Shown here in pieces: positions 26,757-37,815 of a DNA stretch of 64,000 nt; the first letter of the stretch is position 1; every line of letters starts with the position of its first letter. The stretch covers positions 806,001-870,000 of the forward strand of contig CP145417.1 in assembly GCA_036867785.1 (NCBI GenBank), given 5' to 3'. A model generated the notes under the pieces. That model was not told the DNA's origin. It saw nothing but the letters and a program-made list of their open reading frames with translations, and did no database searches. This DNA comes from Plasmodiophora brassicae (Eukaryota). A program made the translations under genes and the position numbers.

Positions 26757-27425
26757 ATGGCATCTGAAGGCCGCCGGGACGCCGCCGTGCGCGATCGCAT
26801 CGTCAAATTCGCCGGCGGGTCCGTTCGCCTGGCGGTTCTCCTGGCCGTTGTTACCGCCCGCGAAACGGTCGTCGCGGCGCTGCCCCGTTACGTGACCTTC
26901 TTCGTGCTTGGCGCGGGCGGCGCCCTCGTCAACGTCAATGTCATTAAAAGTCCCGCTGCCAAGATCGTCGGGTTCGTACTCGCCAGCGCCCTGTTCCTTT
27001 GCGATCTCCGATACGACGCGCTTGTGTTGGTGTACGTCTCGAAGACGTTGATCCCAGATGCACTCGCCGGCAAGATCGACACGTCGTTCATGAAATGGAC
27101 CGTGGCCATCGTAGCCGTGTTCGCGGCCGCGTTCACCGCCTCCGGGCGAATGCCACCGGGCCTCGCCGTCGTCTGGATCCAGCACGCCCTCGCTCAGTAC
27201 GTCTGCGAATACGGCGACAACTACCTGGAGCGGTACGCGTTCTTCCGCCACCGGTACACGTTCGACATCGCCTGCATCGCCGTCTACGCCGCCCTGCCCG
27301 TCACGACCCTTCCCGCCCGCCTCGAGATGCAGCTCCTTCAGCTGGACATGACGGCCTGCCTCGCGTACCGCATGACAAACGCCTGGGCCACGCTCGCCCA
27401 TGCAGCCAGCCGAAAAGTTGTGTAA
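26757..27425 (+). CDS. Hypothetical multi-pass membrane protein
   Basis: 222-aa single ORF with several hydrophobic segments and strongly GC-ending codons. Confidence 0.7.
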   Translation: MASEGRRDAAVRDRIVKFAGGSVRLAVLLAVVTARETVVAALPRYVTFFVLGAGGALVNVNVIKSPAAKIVGFVLASALFLCDLRYDALVLVYVSKTLIPDALAGKIDTSFMKWTVAIVAVFAAAFTASGRMPPGLAVVWIQHALAQYVCEYGDNYLERYAFFRHRYTFDIACIAVYAALPVTTLPARLEMQLLQLDMTACLAYRMTNAWATLAHAASRKVV

Positions 27426-27545
27426 AGCTCCCGCGCGTTTCCAGTGTCCACGTTTTGATCAGCACGACGTACGGTGTTGCACGGCCCCCCCCCCCCCCCC
27501 CCCCCCCCCCCGCGACTGTCGCCGACGGTCGTTCGGGAAGGCCCC

Positions 27546-27939
27546 ATGGGGTCGCGTGCCGATCCGGTCGACGACCGGACGGACTGGGCGGCGCTGATCG
27601 TGCCGCAGCGGAAGGCGGCCTTGGCGGCGCGATCCGGCGCCGCCCGGCCGCAGACGTTCGGGACGCCGCCCGTCACGAAACGGCGTCGCCGGGCGTCCGG
27701 GTCGAATTCGACATGTATGTGGCGTGAGGTTAACGTTGCCTCCACTGTGCAATGTTAACGCCCGCGCTGCAGCGAAAACAATGGCAGGTTGTTCGCCAGA
27801 GCGGGCTGAGTCGCCGGTGGGCTGGTTCGACGAAGACGTCGCGCCCGGGGAATCGCGTGTCCTCTTCTCCTGGAGCGAATTTGCCGCCCGTTGCGCGAGT
27901 GCCCTCGACACGGTTGCGTCTGAACGCGACCAGCCATGA
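27546..27939 (+). CDS. Small hypothetical protein; putative intron 27715-27772
   Basis: MGSRADPVDD... joins SKTMAGCSPE... in frame across GTATGT...CTGCAG; NLS-like KRRRR. Confidence 0.45.
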
Positions 27940-28014
27940 CGTGGCTGTTCCCCTGGCTTACGTTTATACAATATGCATAATATGTTATTGTTGCACTTGC
28001 AATCGTGTGCTGGC

Positions 28015-29861
28015 CTACGTTGGCACGGCGCTTGCATCCGACGTAGCAAGCTTGCAGAGGTACAGGTATGCGTCCAGGCCTGGTACAAGCAGCCGTCAGG
28101 TGAAGGATCGCATATACGTAAACGGGGTTACCATAGCCATGCATCGGGATCAGAATCTGCCGGTGAACACGACGGTTCAGTAGGTTACCAAGCAAGCTCA
28201 GGTGCGGCAACGTACCAGATCTAACGCCAACAACCGCCAGTCGCACAAGCGGTCAGTATCTGCTTGATTGTACAGTTTCTCAGTGTTGTCCTACCTCCTT
28301 TGAACGCCCGAGCATGAAGCCTTGAGATGGGCAACCCGTACCCTGTCAAGAGTTGTCAGGCGGGGAGTGCATGAAGGTCGTTGCGCAACACACCGAATCC
28401 AGCCATTGGCGCCGCCACTGTGACAAGGAGTGACATGAGCGCCTGAATACCGAAGTCGAAGGGGGAATGCACTGACAGAGTGGACCGATGCTCGCCTGCG
28501 GTGCAGGATCTTCCACGCTCTGAGGCGTGGGCGCAGTCGAATAGGCGTACGTCCACACCTTCTGCATGTCCTTTCGTGGAATTCCTCCACCACAGTCGGC
28601 AACTAAAGGACGCTAAAACACATAGCCGTGCCAAAGGCAGCCATATCGCTTGTGTCTACCTTTCATAACGATGTCATCGTCGCCGTCGGAAATGACTACA
28701 AGGCAAATGTCACCGATGCACATCATCCGAGCGCGTCGAACGTTGCCATGGTACTTACTGACTTCGATCGGCGGCAGGTCATCCCGCTTGCCCAGATCGG
28801 TATACCTCTCTACGACAGCACGCATGGAATTCTTCAGGAGCTCGTACAGAATGTAGTGGATGTGGTCGGGAATGTGGGGGATTCGCAAATCCGTAGCCCC
28901 TTTCACGATTACTGTAGCAGGCGTCAAAGATTCTGTCAACACCGACCCGCTGATATATCCACCTTGGGGTGCTGTGCCGTAATTTCGTTCGCAGGTCTCA
29001 GTCGCGTTCGTCGCGGCGTCTACGAAACGACAGTGGGTCTCGTGCTGCACCTCGTACCAGCTGCCATGAGGGAAACGTACCATCCAGAACCTCAGCAGGA
29101 CTGCATTGTTCCTGTATGATGCCAACCCAGCCTGTGCGCGATTCGTGTAAGGACAGGTGGTGTGCTGTTAGGCAGCTGGTTCAGAACACCATTCGAATCG
29201 AAACCCGCGTCCATTGCGGGCACCGACCAATCAGGACTCGGATGCCTGCCCCAACCCGTTAGGAAACGAACGCTGTCCAATGCAGGTCGTAATTCTCACC
29301 GATCCGCGAGAAGTAGAACCGATCCAGGAAATCCTGCAGATACGGGCATTCATCAATGAACTGGTCATTGTTATTGCCGAGCGTGGCCTTCAACTCTTTG
29401 ATGCCAACCGCCATCAGCTGAACGACGTCCCGATGCCTCTGCAGCATGCCTTGTATAATCTTCATGAACGCGTGCTCGCTGTTCGTATTCGTCGGTTTCG
29501 GCGACGACGTGATCTTGATGAACGAGTCGACATAAAGCGCCTGCACCTTCTTGACGCTGGGCGTATTCGACAGCCCATAGGGAAGGTTCGTCAACTCGAC
29601 AGCCCGTTTCGCTAGACGGATCGGCAGCTCCTCGTACAGGAACGCCGCGCTCTGGACGAGCGTCGCCGACGACGACGGGACGCCGCGCCCAATATCAAAC
29701 ATGGCGCGTAGCGTCACGTCGGTCTGCGGCTTCTGGGCGAACGCCCGGATCTCTTTCATGGCGAACGACGACACACAGAGCGCGCGCCGCGTCGTCCTGC
29801 TGTACAGTTTGGCGGCATTGCCGGCGACGCGCCACCGCCATCGCATCATCATCATCATCAT
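28015..29861 (-). CDS. PDK: Mitochondrial pyruvate/branched-chain ketoacid dehydrogenase kinase, multi-exon with a 5-nt microexon
   Basis: [71 protein letters not shown]. Confidence 0.92.
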
Positions 29862-30693
29862 TCGTCGTCACGCCCGACCGCAACGTACACTGTAACCGTC
29901 TGCAGCCCCGAGACAGATTCGCTGCGACAGTCTGGAAAATGCAGCTGGTCGCGTTTCTCGAACCCAGTCGGTTTCGCATCACCACGACCAGTAGCCTCCA
30001 TCATCGTCGAATCCCGTATGGACACCGCTATGAGCATGGACGTCGCGGTTTCCGCAGGGCACAATTCGTGTCCTCCCGGCCATGGAGGACGTCATCCCGA
30101 TCGTGCAGAGCGGCCGCCGCGACGTCCCCGTTTGTGGCCACCGTCTGGCCTGCAATTCCAACCTCGTGTCGCATGCTCGTTCTGGCATGCAATTTCTCGA
30201 AGATTCGGTCAAGCCTGACCCTCCCCACATGTCGTCGCCGACTCATTCCTCGTACGGATGGGGAGGTGCCCGCGGCGATCACGCTTAGGCCACGACAAGC
30301 GTTCCTGACCGCTGCTGCGACGGCATCGAACCGCTTCTGTGCCTTCAGTACGTGACGATCCGCTTTGACCGACATTGACGTCAGCAGTTATTTCGGCCTA
30401 GATAATCTGGGCATTGATTGCACGCTCCATCTCCTCGCTGACACCGTCCACCTGATGGGATCGTCGGGTAGCGGTCACGGTAGCCATTCTGCCTTATTCC
30501 AATTCATGGCGCGCATCGTTTGCAGAATGCATACAAGCACCGATCTTTATTGATCTCAAAGATGATCCCGGAACGAAAACCGGAACAAGGTCGGCGCCAC
30601 CAATGGATGGAGCTGGTTGCGCTTGTGCCCGAAAATGAATGGAATGTTGCGCTTGTTCTGGACAGATGTCACCGCCGATAGAAATTGGAGCCG

Positions 30694-32103
30694 TCAGACC
30701 TTGGAGGTGTTACTAGCAACGTTTGGGCGCAAAGGCAAGCCGTCGCGGTTCTGTTTGGATGGGGTCCAAGGTCGCGTCGCTGGGTTGGCCGGCACTCTGT
30801 TGGGCAGGGTTCGTTTGCTTGACGTCCATCCGAACCTACTCAGGATCGACTTGGTCGCGGGACGGATAAAGGCGAGAAAAATCCATTGGTGCAGGGCGCT
30901 GAAGAACAACCATGTCCCGTAGGCGGCCATGAAGGACGCCGGCGACAGGCCCTGAACAAAGACAAATACAACCTGGCCTACCAACATGCCGAACCCAAAC
31001 AGCGTGCATATGGCGGTCTTCCAGGCGAACACCAGCGCGAACTTGGTCGCCTCGGCAGACAGGCCTAGATTGGCGCCACCGGTTAACAGCACCTTGGAGA
31101 TCTTGCTGGACGCCTTTACGTTCATGCACCAGAACACAAAGTTGGGGAATGCCAGGGCCACCGCCAAGGCCGTGATCCCGAACGGAAACGTCTGCGTCGC
31201 GAACGCATACAGGGCAACGCCCAGGTAGCTCGTTGCAATTCCTGCCATAGTCAGCGTGTAGGACACCATGAAAATGCGAGCCGGTCGGCTTGGAGCAGGG
31301 GCGTCCTTCGCCGCAGTGGCTCGAAGGACGAACCCAGTGGTGACCCGGGTCATGTAACCGAACGGTGCATCGCCGAACATGGCCCAGAGCATCGTCGAGT
31401 AAGGCAGCGCTTTCGCATCCAGGAAGGCGATGTTGATCCCCAGGGTCAGCGTCGCAGTCGCCATGGCCATCATGAAGATCAGCGTGAGCAGAGCGAACAC
31501 CGGCACGGGACGTACCGCGCCGCTGGCGCCGAACAGGAACGCTACGAGTCTCAGCACGATGCCGACGATGGTGATACCGCGAATGACGACAATCGTGGCA
31601 AACAGTGCCCGAATCGCAGTGGACTGGATGACGTCGCCGGCCGGGTTCGGACGCTCGTTGGCCGTCAGGGTTACGATGGTGCCAGGGGCCAGGGTGTCAA
31701 TGGCGGCAGCGCGCATGGCCGCACAGGGAACCGATGCGAACGGCGACGTCCTTTCCGTCCGATAGGTCCAGGCGGTTATCTCGAGCATGGACTGAAGATT
31801 CGACGCCGGTGCCGCGTAGAACACCACGCCGGCACACGCAACGTCGGAACAGGCCGACGCCCATTTCTCAACGTTGATGGTCGCGGTCTGGACGTGGACG
31901 AACACGATATGGCCGGACGCGGTCGCGTCGATCGTAGCGCCGTCAGCGAACCACGCAGGGCCTCTGACGGCGAACGAATCGTTCCCGAGCCGATAGGAAT
32001 ACGTCGGGATGGAATGCGCCGCCCCGGTCGCGTCGTCGTACAGTAGCGAGCGGACGGCGGGCAGGACGAGGACGGCGACGAGGACAACCCGATGCCGGCC
32101 CAT
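30694..32103 (-). CDS. Signal peptide, extracellular domain and ~7-TM receptor-like membrane protein (single exon)
   Basis: 469-aa ORF: hydrophobic N-terminus, ~140-aa ectodomain, about seven hydrophobic helices, basic cytoplasmic tail. Confidence 0.7.
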   Translation of the reverse strand: MGRHRVVLVAVLVLPAVRSLLYDDATGAAHSIPTYSYRLGNDSFAVRGPAWFADGATIDATASGHIVFVHVQTATINVEKWASACSDVACAGVVFYAAPASNLQSMLEITAWTYRTERTSPFASVPCAAMRAAAIDTLAPGTIVTLTANERPNPAGDVIQSTAIRALFATIVVIRGITIVGIVLRLVAFLFGASGAVRPVPVFALLTLIFMMAMATATLTLGINIAFLDAKALPYSTMLWAMFGDAPFGYMTRVTTGFVLRATAAKDAPAPSRPARIFMVSYTLTMAGIATSYLGVALYAFATQTFPFGITALAVALAFPNFVFWCMNVKASSKISKVLLTGGANLGLSAEATKFALVFAWKTAICTLFGFGMLVGQVVFVFVQGLSPASFMAAYGTWLFFSALHQWIFLAFIRPATKSILSRFGWTSSKRTLPNRVPANPATRPWTPSKQNRDGLPLRPNVASNTSKV

Positions 32104-32761
32104 GATAGGCCGTACTAATAGGCGATCGGCTGTGCCGCAAGCCCACTATGAGTGTGGCCGCCCTTTTCATTAAAGGTGTTGCATTTGGTGCTCCTAACAA
32201 ACACGTAAGGGGCTGTACGGTCGATCGGGTAGGATCGCTGGAGCTCGGCAGCAAGGCCGCCCCGGCCGGGACCGCGCGAACTTGGCATAGCGGCGGTTCC
32301 CGGCGTCCACGTATGAGGGCAGGTGGCTTGGTCTCGTTGTCAGGCGGCGCCTTCGCGCCTCGCACTAGGCGCCGGGTGCCTCCGGTTCCTATCGACGACA
32401 ATCCCTTGGAATGGGGCTCCGCCTGTTCCAGCGCCTCCTGAATCTGGTCGGCATCCGAGCCCACCGCCCGGCCGTTATCCCGTTCCGGGGTCTCCAACTC
32501 CCTCCTCGCCTCCTCTCCAGCCCGGTTGCCTATCTCCGTCTTTCCGATCCCATGTCGCCCGGAACTTGTCGTTCTCGAAAGCGCTGACTTGCGCCTGGGT
32601 CTGTTCCAACATAACGACTAACCCTTCCGCTTTGCATCGAGCTCATGAACCCCTTCCGAATTAAGGGCCACTTTATCGCAACCTGATGCCATATCAACTT
32701 GGCTTGCTCATGGCGCACACACGAACTGAAAGTGGTGTAGTTCAATACGTCCAGAACAATA

Positions 32762-32990
32762 ATGACGGCGACGGTGGGCATAACGGTTGGGGGATGCCGG
32801 ACGACAGCGCTGCTCGACACGGGAGCCGGTATCAATGTGACCTGTCGGCAAGCGATCCAGTCCACGGGGGCAACCGTGTCTGGCGAGGGTGCTCAGCTTG
32901 AGGACTCTACGGGACGACCTGTGGGCGACGTCGGATCAGCACAGCTCCCGTTAAGCATTGGGCGTACGGTCGTTCACGTGGCGAGGGCGT
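32762..32990 (+). pseudogene. Retropepsin (Gypsy-type aspartic protease) fragment
   Basis: VGITVGGCRTTALLDTGAGIN...LEDSTGRPVGDVGSAQLPLSIG; no adjoining gag or RT. Confidence 0.6.
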
Positions 32991-33146
32991 CACGAGGGTA
33001 GTCGTTGTATCTAAGCGACGTCGTTCAGCCTTTCGCTGGCGCATGACGTCGCGTTCGTGAACAACGTCATCGTCATCTGCCGTCGTGCAATACTGCGGTA
33101 GCGTTAACCGGCCGCAACAACGGTGGGCGATGCGTACCGCATGGCT
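32990..33146 (+). repeat. Degenerate inverted copy of the METTL9 3' end (source about 24520-24721)
   Basis: CTGGCGCATGACGTCGCGTTCGTGAACAACGTCATCGTCATCTGCCGTCGTGCAATAC aligns to the reverse complement of about 24570-24630. Confidence 0.85.
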
Positions 33147-33443
33147 GGTGCCCGGAACCACACCTGACACTATCTATGTAGGTAGGCCGGCTCAGACCTG
33201 TCGGAGTGCGCTGCGCGGGTGGTGGGTCGCTGTGCAAGAAGGGAGCCGCTGGCCCATCTCCGGCCATCCGACTGCCCTGGTAACGCAGACAGCGGCGGGG
33301 CGCAGCCCATTACGGTTTTCGCGGACACTCGCGGGCAAAACGCGGGCTTGGGACGAGGTGGCCAGCGTTGTCACCCCCAGCGGCCCACGTCAATTGTCTA
33401 ATCGGTTGCCCGGCCGCTGGGGGAACCACGATACGACAGCAAC

Positions 33444-34988
33444 ATGGCCAGGCAGACGCGCGCCCGGCAGGTTACGATCGATGCGCTGTTCGTGCAGCGT
33501 AAGCGCACGCGGCGCGACCTGCCCAAGGCGGCCAAGTCGACGAAGACGTCGCCGCCTGTCAAGGATGCACCTGTGACGTTGGACCTACCATGCAAAGACC
33601 GGCGCCCGTTGGCGACTCCTGCGCCGGTCGAGATCGACCCGTTGCATCACGCCGTCGAATTCATTGGGTCCTGTTCGTCCGATCGCGACCTGATCACCGC
33701 GTTACACCGAGACGGCATCGACGGCGTTCCCGAATCACTTGTTGGTCGCGTCCGGACCCAGCTGGAGAATTGTGGAACGAGCCTCAGCACGGTCGGGGCC
33801 ATGTGCGGCGCTTGCGACCGGCAGTCGGCGCTCGCGACGATCTGCACCCACTGCCGAGGGACCGATGTCTACATCGGCCGCGATCAGCTCCCGTTCCAAT
33901 TCGTTGGCGTGTCGCGTGAACTCATCCAAGGCCGCACGGCATCTGCTGCCCTTCGTGGCCTTGATGCCGCTTTGCGCCTCCTACTGAACGAGGCCAACAA
34001 GGCGACCGCTTCGTTCGACACGCATGGCGGCGACGCCCTATTTTTGTTCCGGTTCCTGGCGCAACGTGCCAGCGACGAACGCGTCCGCGTGACTGCATTG
34101 CAACTTCTGAAACGCGTAATGGCTCGCTGGGATGAGCGGCACCCATCGCTATCGCTCAGGAAAGGAAAACACGCGCACCACCACGTCCTGTGCTTCGCTG
34201 AGGCCGTTCACGCCAAACTGTTCCTGTGCGACCCGGCGACGCTACCCGACCTTCGCGATCAGCTTCGCGAAGCGCTAGCCGGATTCCGTCTCCAGGAGCT
34301 GATCGCGTTCGTCCCTGGCCAGCTTCTCTACCTTCCCGACGGCGTTTGTGGGAACTGTCTGAAAAAGAACAACCTGAAGAAGTCGACCCTGTGTGCATCG
34401 TGCAGTCGTGAAATTTCTCCTGCTATCGATTATCAGTCGATGTTCTTCGCCTTGGTCTGGTCCGGCCTGTTCCGCAACCTAGACGTCGACCTGAAGGCCT
34501 CGGATCATTGTTGCCGAGTCGAGGACATTCTGCATCACATGGGAAGCCTTCGACCGTATCGATCAGTGGATGATATCGGCCACAGCAGCTTCATGGGCCA
34601 GGCCTACTTCGTGACGCACCTCATCTTCGTAATGAGCGACTGGGGCGCACATCGTCTTGATCCTTCGCTCTTCGCCGAGGAGGTCGTCTTTATCATCAGC
34701 AACATCGAGACTGCCATCCGTCTAGGCGACCCTGAGCTCGTCGGCGAATTCATCCACAGCCTGAGGATCCTGGGCGCGTCTGACGCTGATTACGCCGTCC
34801 GACGCGGCGTGGGGTACCTTCTGCAGAAGGAGCGATCTCTGAAGGGCAAAGGGTCCTGGGTGAAACCGAATCGCCCGTTCTACCAGGTCTACCATTCCAT
34901 CTACTGTGCCATAATCGGACTAGTCGAGATCGATTGCCATCCAGTCGCCGCTCTTCCCGACCCGTCCTGGAGGAGGCACTTTCTATAG
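33444..34988 (+). CDS. Uncharacterised 514-aa protein with two CxxC-pair clusters and a DUF6895-like helical C-terminal domain
   Basis: Single long ORF; CGAC..CTHC and CGNC..CASC; motifs AYFVTHLIFVMSDWG, DPELVGEF, YHSIYCAIIGL. Confidence 0.75.
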   Translation: MARQTRARQVTIDALFVQRKRTRRDLPKAAKSTKTSPPVKDAPVTLDLPCKDRRPLATPAPVEIDPLHHAVEFIGSCSSDRDLITALHRDGIDGVPESLVGRVRTQLENCGTSLSTVGAMCGACDRQSALATICTHCRGTDVYIGRDQLPFQFVGVSRELIQGRTASAALRGLDAALRLLLNEANKATASFDTHGGDALFLFRFLAQRASDERVRVTALQLLKRVMARWDERHPSLSLRKGKHAHHHVLCFAEAVHAKLFLCDPATLPDLRDQLREALAGFRLQELIAFVPGQLLYLPDGVCGNCLKKNNLKKSTLCASCSREISPAIDYQSMFFALVWSGLFRNLDVDLKASDHCCRVEDILHHMGSLRPYRSVDDIGHSSFMGQAYFVTHLIFVMSDWGAHRLDPSLFAEEVVFIISNIETAIRLGDPELVGEFIHSLRILGASDADYAVRRGVGYLLQKERSLKGKGSWVKPNRPFYQVYHSIYCAIIGLVEIDCHPVAALPDPSWRRHFL

Positions 34989-35082
34989 CACGATGATTAG
35001 TATTTATGTTATTGAATATACGCGATCTAACAAGAGGAGGCGTGAGTCCAGGTCACGGTCAGATCACATCATCGTTAGGCAA

Positions 35083-35823
35083 ATGGGTGTCCGTCGAAGT
35101 ATGGTGGTGGCCTCGGTCGTGGAGATCGCGATTGTCATTGCGGTCGTCGAGGAAGTCGACATATCGTACATGCCGGAAGAGATCCGTCGATCGTTACTGC
35201 GAATTGGCGATGCCGAAGATATCGACGGGTCCCAGTCTGAGCTGGACAAGAATCTTGAAGACGAGCTATTATGGCTGCGAGCGAGGACGTTATCACTCCG
35301 GTCGCGTCGTAACGCCCCCGACTGTCCTGGAAGTGCCATCCACTGCCTCGATGCGACGTTGGTGCCCATTGCAGATCTGGCGAAAGCGAAATCGCTAAAG
35401 GCGGCCAGCAAGGCCAAACTCGGCGAGAAGCTCCCTGCAGGGCTGGCGAGTGTTGCTAAAGAGATGCTGTCGACGCATCCGGGCAATGAGGTCGTCCTAC
35501 GTGTGATTGTCAAGCACGGGTATCCTTTCGTGACGTCACCGGACGTGGGAATCATAGACTGGAAGGGCGCGAATCAGCCCGAGATCGACAAGCTGGTGCA
35601 AGCGCTGAAGACGATTGCCGCCGACGACGGGATCGACAGGAAACTCATTGCTATGGGCCAGCGCGCGCTTGATTTCGTCACGGACGGCGCCGACGACCCT
35701 TTGCGTCCCGAGCCCTGGCAGCTCGAGACGGTTCTCCTGATCGGTATCCTGTGGTACGCCCTGTACCAGGTCTGGCTCTACAGAATGTATCGGCCCGTCT
35801 ACACGGTTCGCTACAGACGTTAA
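35083..35823 (+). CDS. Hypothetical protein with hydrophobic N-terminus and C-terminal TM helix
   Basis: Long ORF; VVASVVEIAIVIAVV near the start and VLLIGILWYALYQVWLY near the end. Confidence 0.6.
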   Translation: MGVRRSMVVASVVEIAIVIAVVEEVDISYMPEEIRRSLLRIGDAEDIDGSQSELDKNLEDELLWLRARTLSLRSRRNAPDCPGSAIHCLDATLVPIADLAKAKSLKAASKAKLGEKLPAGLASVAKEMLSTHPGNEVVLRVIVKHGYPFVTSPDVGIIDWKGANQPEIDKLVQALKTIAADDGIDRKLIAMGQRALDFVTDGADDPLRPEPWQLETVLLIGILWYALYQVWLYRMYRPVYTVRYRR

Positions 35824-36154
35824 CGGATGACATAAATGCAAATATCACCGCCTTGTCACAGGCCACCCGCCCTTGCGTCGGTTCACGATTATCCCTGGAG
35901 TCTGCCCTTCTTCGCCTGCCTTGGCCTGACCTAACCGCTCGTCGAGTCGTTGGAGACGCGGGTCCCCGCCACTGTGGACGTCATCGTTTCGGGGTCTATA
36001 CGTGCCTACTTTTACCAAGGGGCGCGCACGCATGCGGCATCGCGGCCAGCGGACCAGAGTCGGCGGGGTATCGATTCGCGTGCATTGTGGGCCACCCGCG
36101 GTACGTACGAACAGGTAAGCCGCGGCTCGCAGCGCGCGCCACGGAATCGAGTTC

Positions 36155-36555
36155 ATGGACCGGTCGGTGATCGCGGCGTCGACGGATGATGCCGATGCCG
36201 GGCCGTCGGCCTGGCACCGTCTGGGCTACTTCGTGCGGCGTTTCCCGTTGGTATGTGGGACAGGCGATGAACGATCAGAAGGGGTTCATGTGACGACCGA
36301 CGATCGCAGATTGCTGCTGGTATGGCATTCACGGTCGGGTCGTTAGGGGCAGGGCTAGTTTACTTCAAGAAAGGCAACCGGGCAATGTCGCAGCAAATGA
36401 TGCGGTATCGTATTGGCGGGCAGGCGTTCACGTTCCTGGCCATAGCGTTCTACGCGATGCCGGCATCCATCGCCACTGGTTCGTATAAACCCCGTCTCAA
36501 ACCTGTACCAGCGGGTATGCTGACACGGGTCGCTGGTTTACAGAGACCGCCATGA
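36155..36555 (+). CDS. HIG1-domain protein (Rcf1/HIGD family), one intron near 36251-36309
   Basis: Exon ending RRFPL, then GMAFTVGSLGAGLVYFKKGNRAMSQQMMRYRIGGQAFT. Confidence 0.85.
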
Positions 36556-37159
36556 CGGATGCGACCAATGAGTCTTGATCATTAAATCTATACCGCATGT
36601 GGCCATCTAACGAATTCTTTTCCAGAGCGCGCTGGTCATCTGTAATCTCGATTAGTCGTTATATATTGCGATTGCCGTCCGAAATGCAATCGCCCCAACT
36701 ATCAACCGTCGCCACGCATTTTTTTCGCGATTGTTGGTGCCCAACTATCGCGAGCGCGCTTGCTCGGCTGGTTTGACTTGAAACCTGTAGCTTCCAGAAG
36801 ATATAGGGACGGGATGTGGCAATCTTTCAGTCAAGCAGGTAGAGAAGATACGTAGCGGCGATTCTGATCAATTAAACGGAGCTCGAGAAACAACCGTCTT
36901 CGCAATCGTGTCCTGTTCGGTAGTGGTTGACCTGAGACTAGTTGTTATACCTGATTTGGATTGCACGAGCGCGTGATTCAAGCAGTTCGAAGCGCTTAGG
37001 AAAGTGAAAGTCCCCAGTGTATCTAACGTGGGGGAAGCCGACGTCCCCATGACGTCGCACACACAGTGGCACGGTCGCCACTGTGCACCAGTTGCGTCAC
37101 GTCGTCGTGACTCATGGGTCGGCCACTGTCGCTAGCCTTCCCATTATGAATCAGCCGCC

Positions 37160-37815
37160 CTAAGGCGCCAGCGACAGGTCCACCCGACCCATCCCGGCCG
37201 CCCTCTTCATGACCTCCACAGGTTCACGAGTGGTCGGCTTGGTGAGCGCGTCCGCCGGATTGTTCTTTGACGCCACGCGCTCGAACCGGAGCAGTCCCTC
37301 CTGGACGCACTCTCGCACATAGTGCCATTTCACCCGAATGTGCTTGTTCCGGTCCGTGACCCCGAGCGTCTTCACCATCTGCTCGGCAGCCGTGTTGTCC
37401 TCCAGCACAATCGACGGGTCCGTCAGAGTGAACCCGATGTCGGTGAGGAGCATCCGGACCCACACTACTTCACGCGCCAGCTCGCTGGCCGCCACGTACT
37501 CCGCGTGCGCTGAGGAGGTCGCCACCAGGCTTTGCTGCTTCGATCGCCAGCTCACAGCTGCGTCCATCAGCGTGACGATGAATCCCGTGACCGACTTGGA
37601 TGTGTCCGGGTCCATCGCAAAGTCCGAGTCGACCGCCGCCCGGGGCTCCGACTCCTTCACGTTGTCTTTGTTCAGTGCCATCGGGTCGAATTCAGTCGCC
37701 GGTGTCTTGCTCTTCGCGTAGATGATGCCGACATCCGTGTTGTTCTGGACATATCGCAGCACGTGGAGCATCGCCTCGAAATGCTCCCGACCCGGGTTGT
37801 TCAGGGACGCCTTGA
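37160..37815 (-). pseudogene. Copia RT C-terminal stub plus RNase H, out of frame with the integrase
   Basis: PGREHFEAMLHVLRY, VDSDFA, VSWRSKQQSLVATSSAHAEY, EDNTAA, KHIRVKWHYVRE, NPADALTK; no YVDD core. Confidence 0.9.

Noticed and set aside
30028-30510. Possible small minus-strand gene between PDK and the receptor-like gene
   Set aside because: Has an intron-like gap, but upstream frames contain stops and no family motif was recognised.
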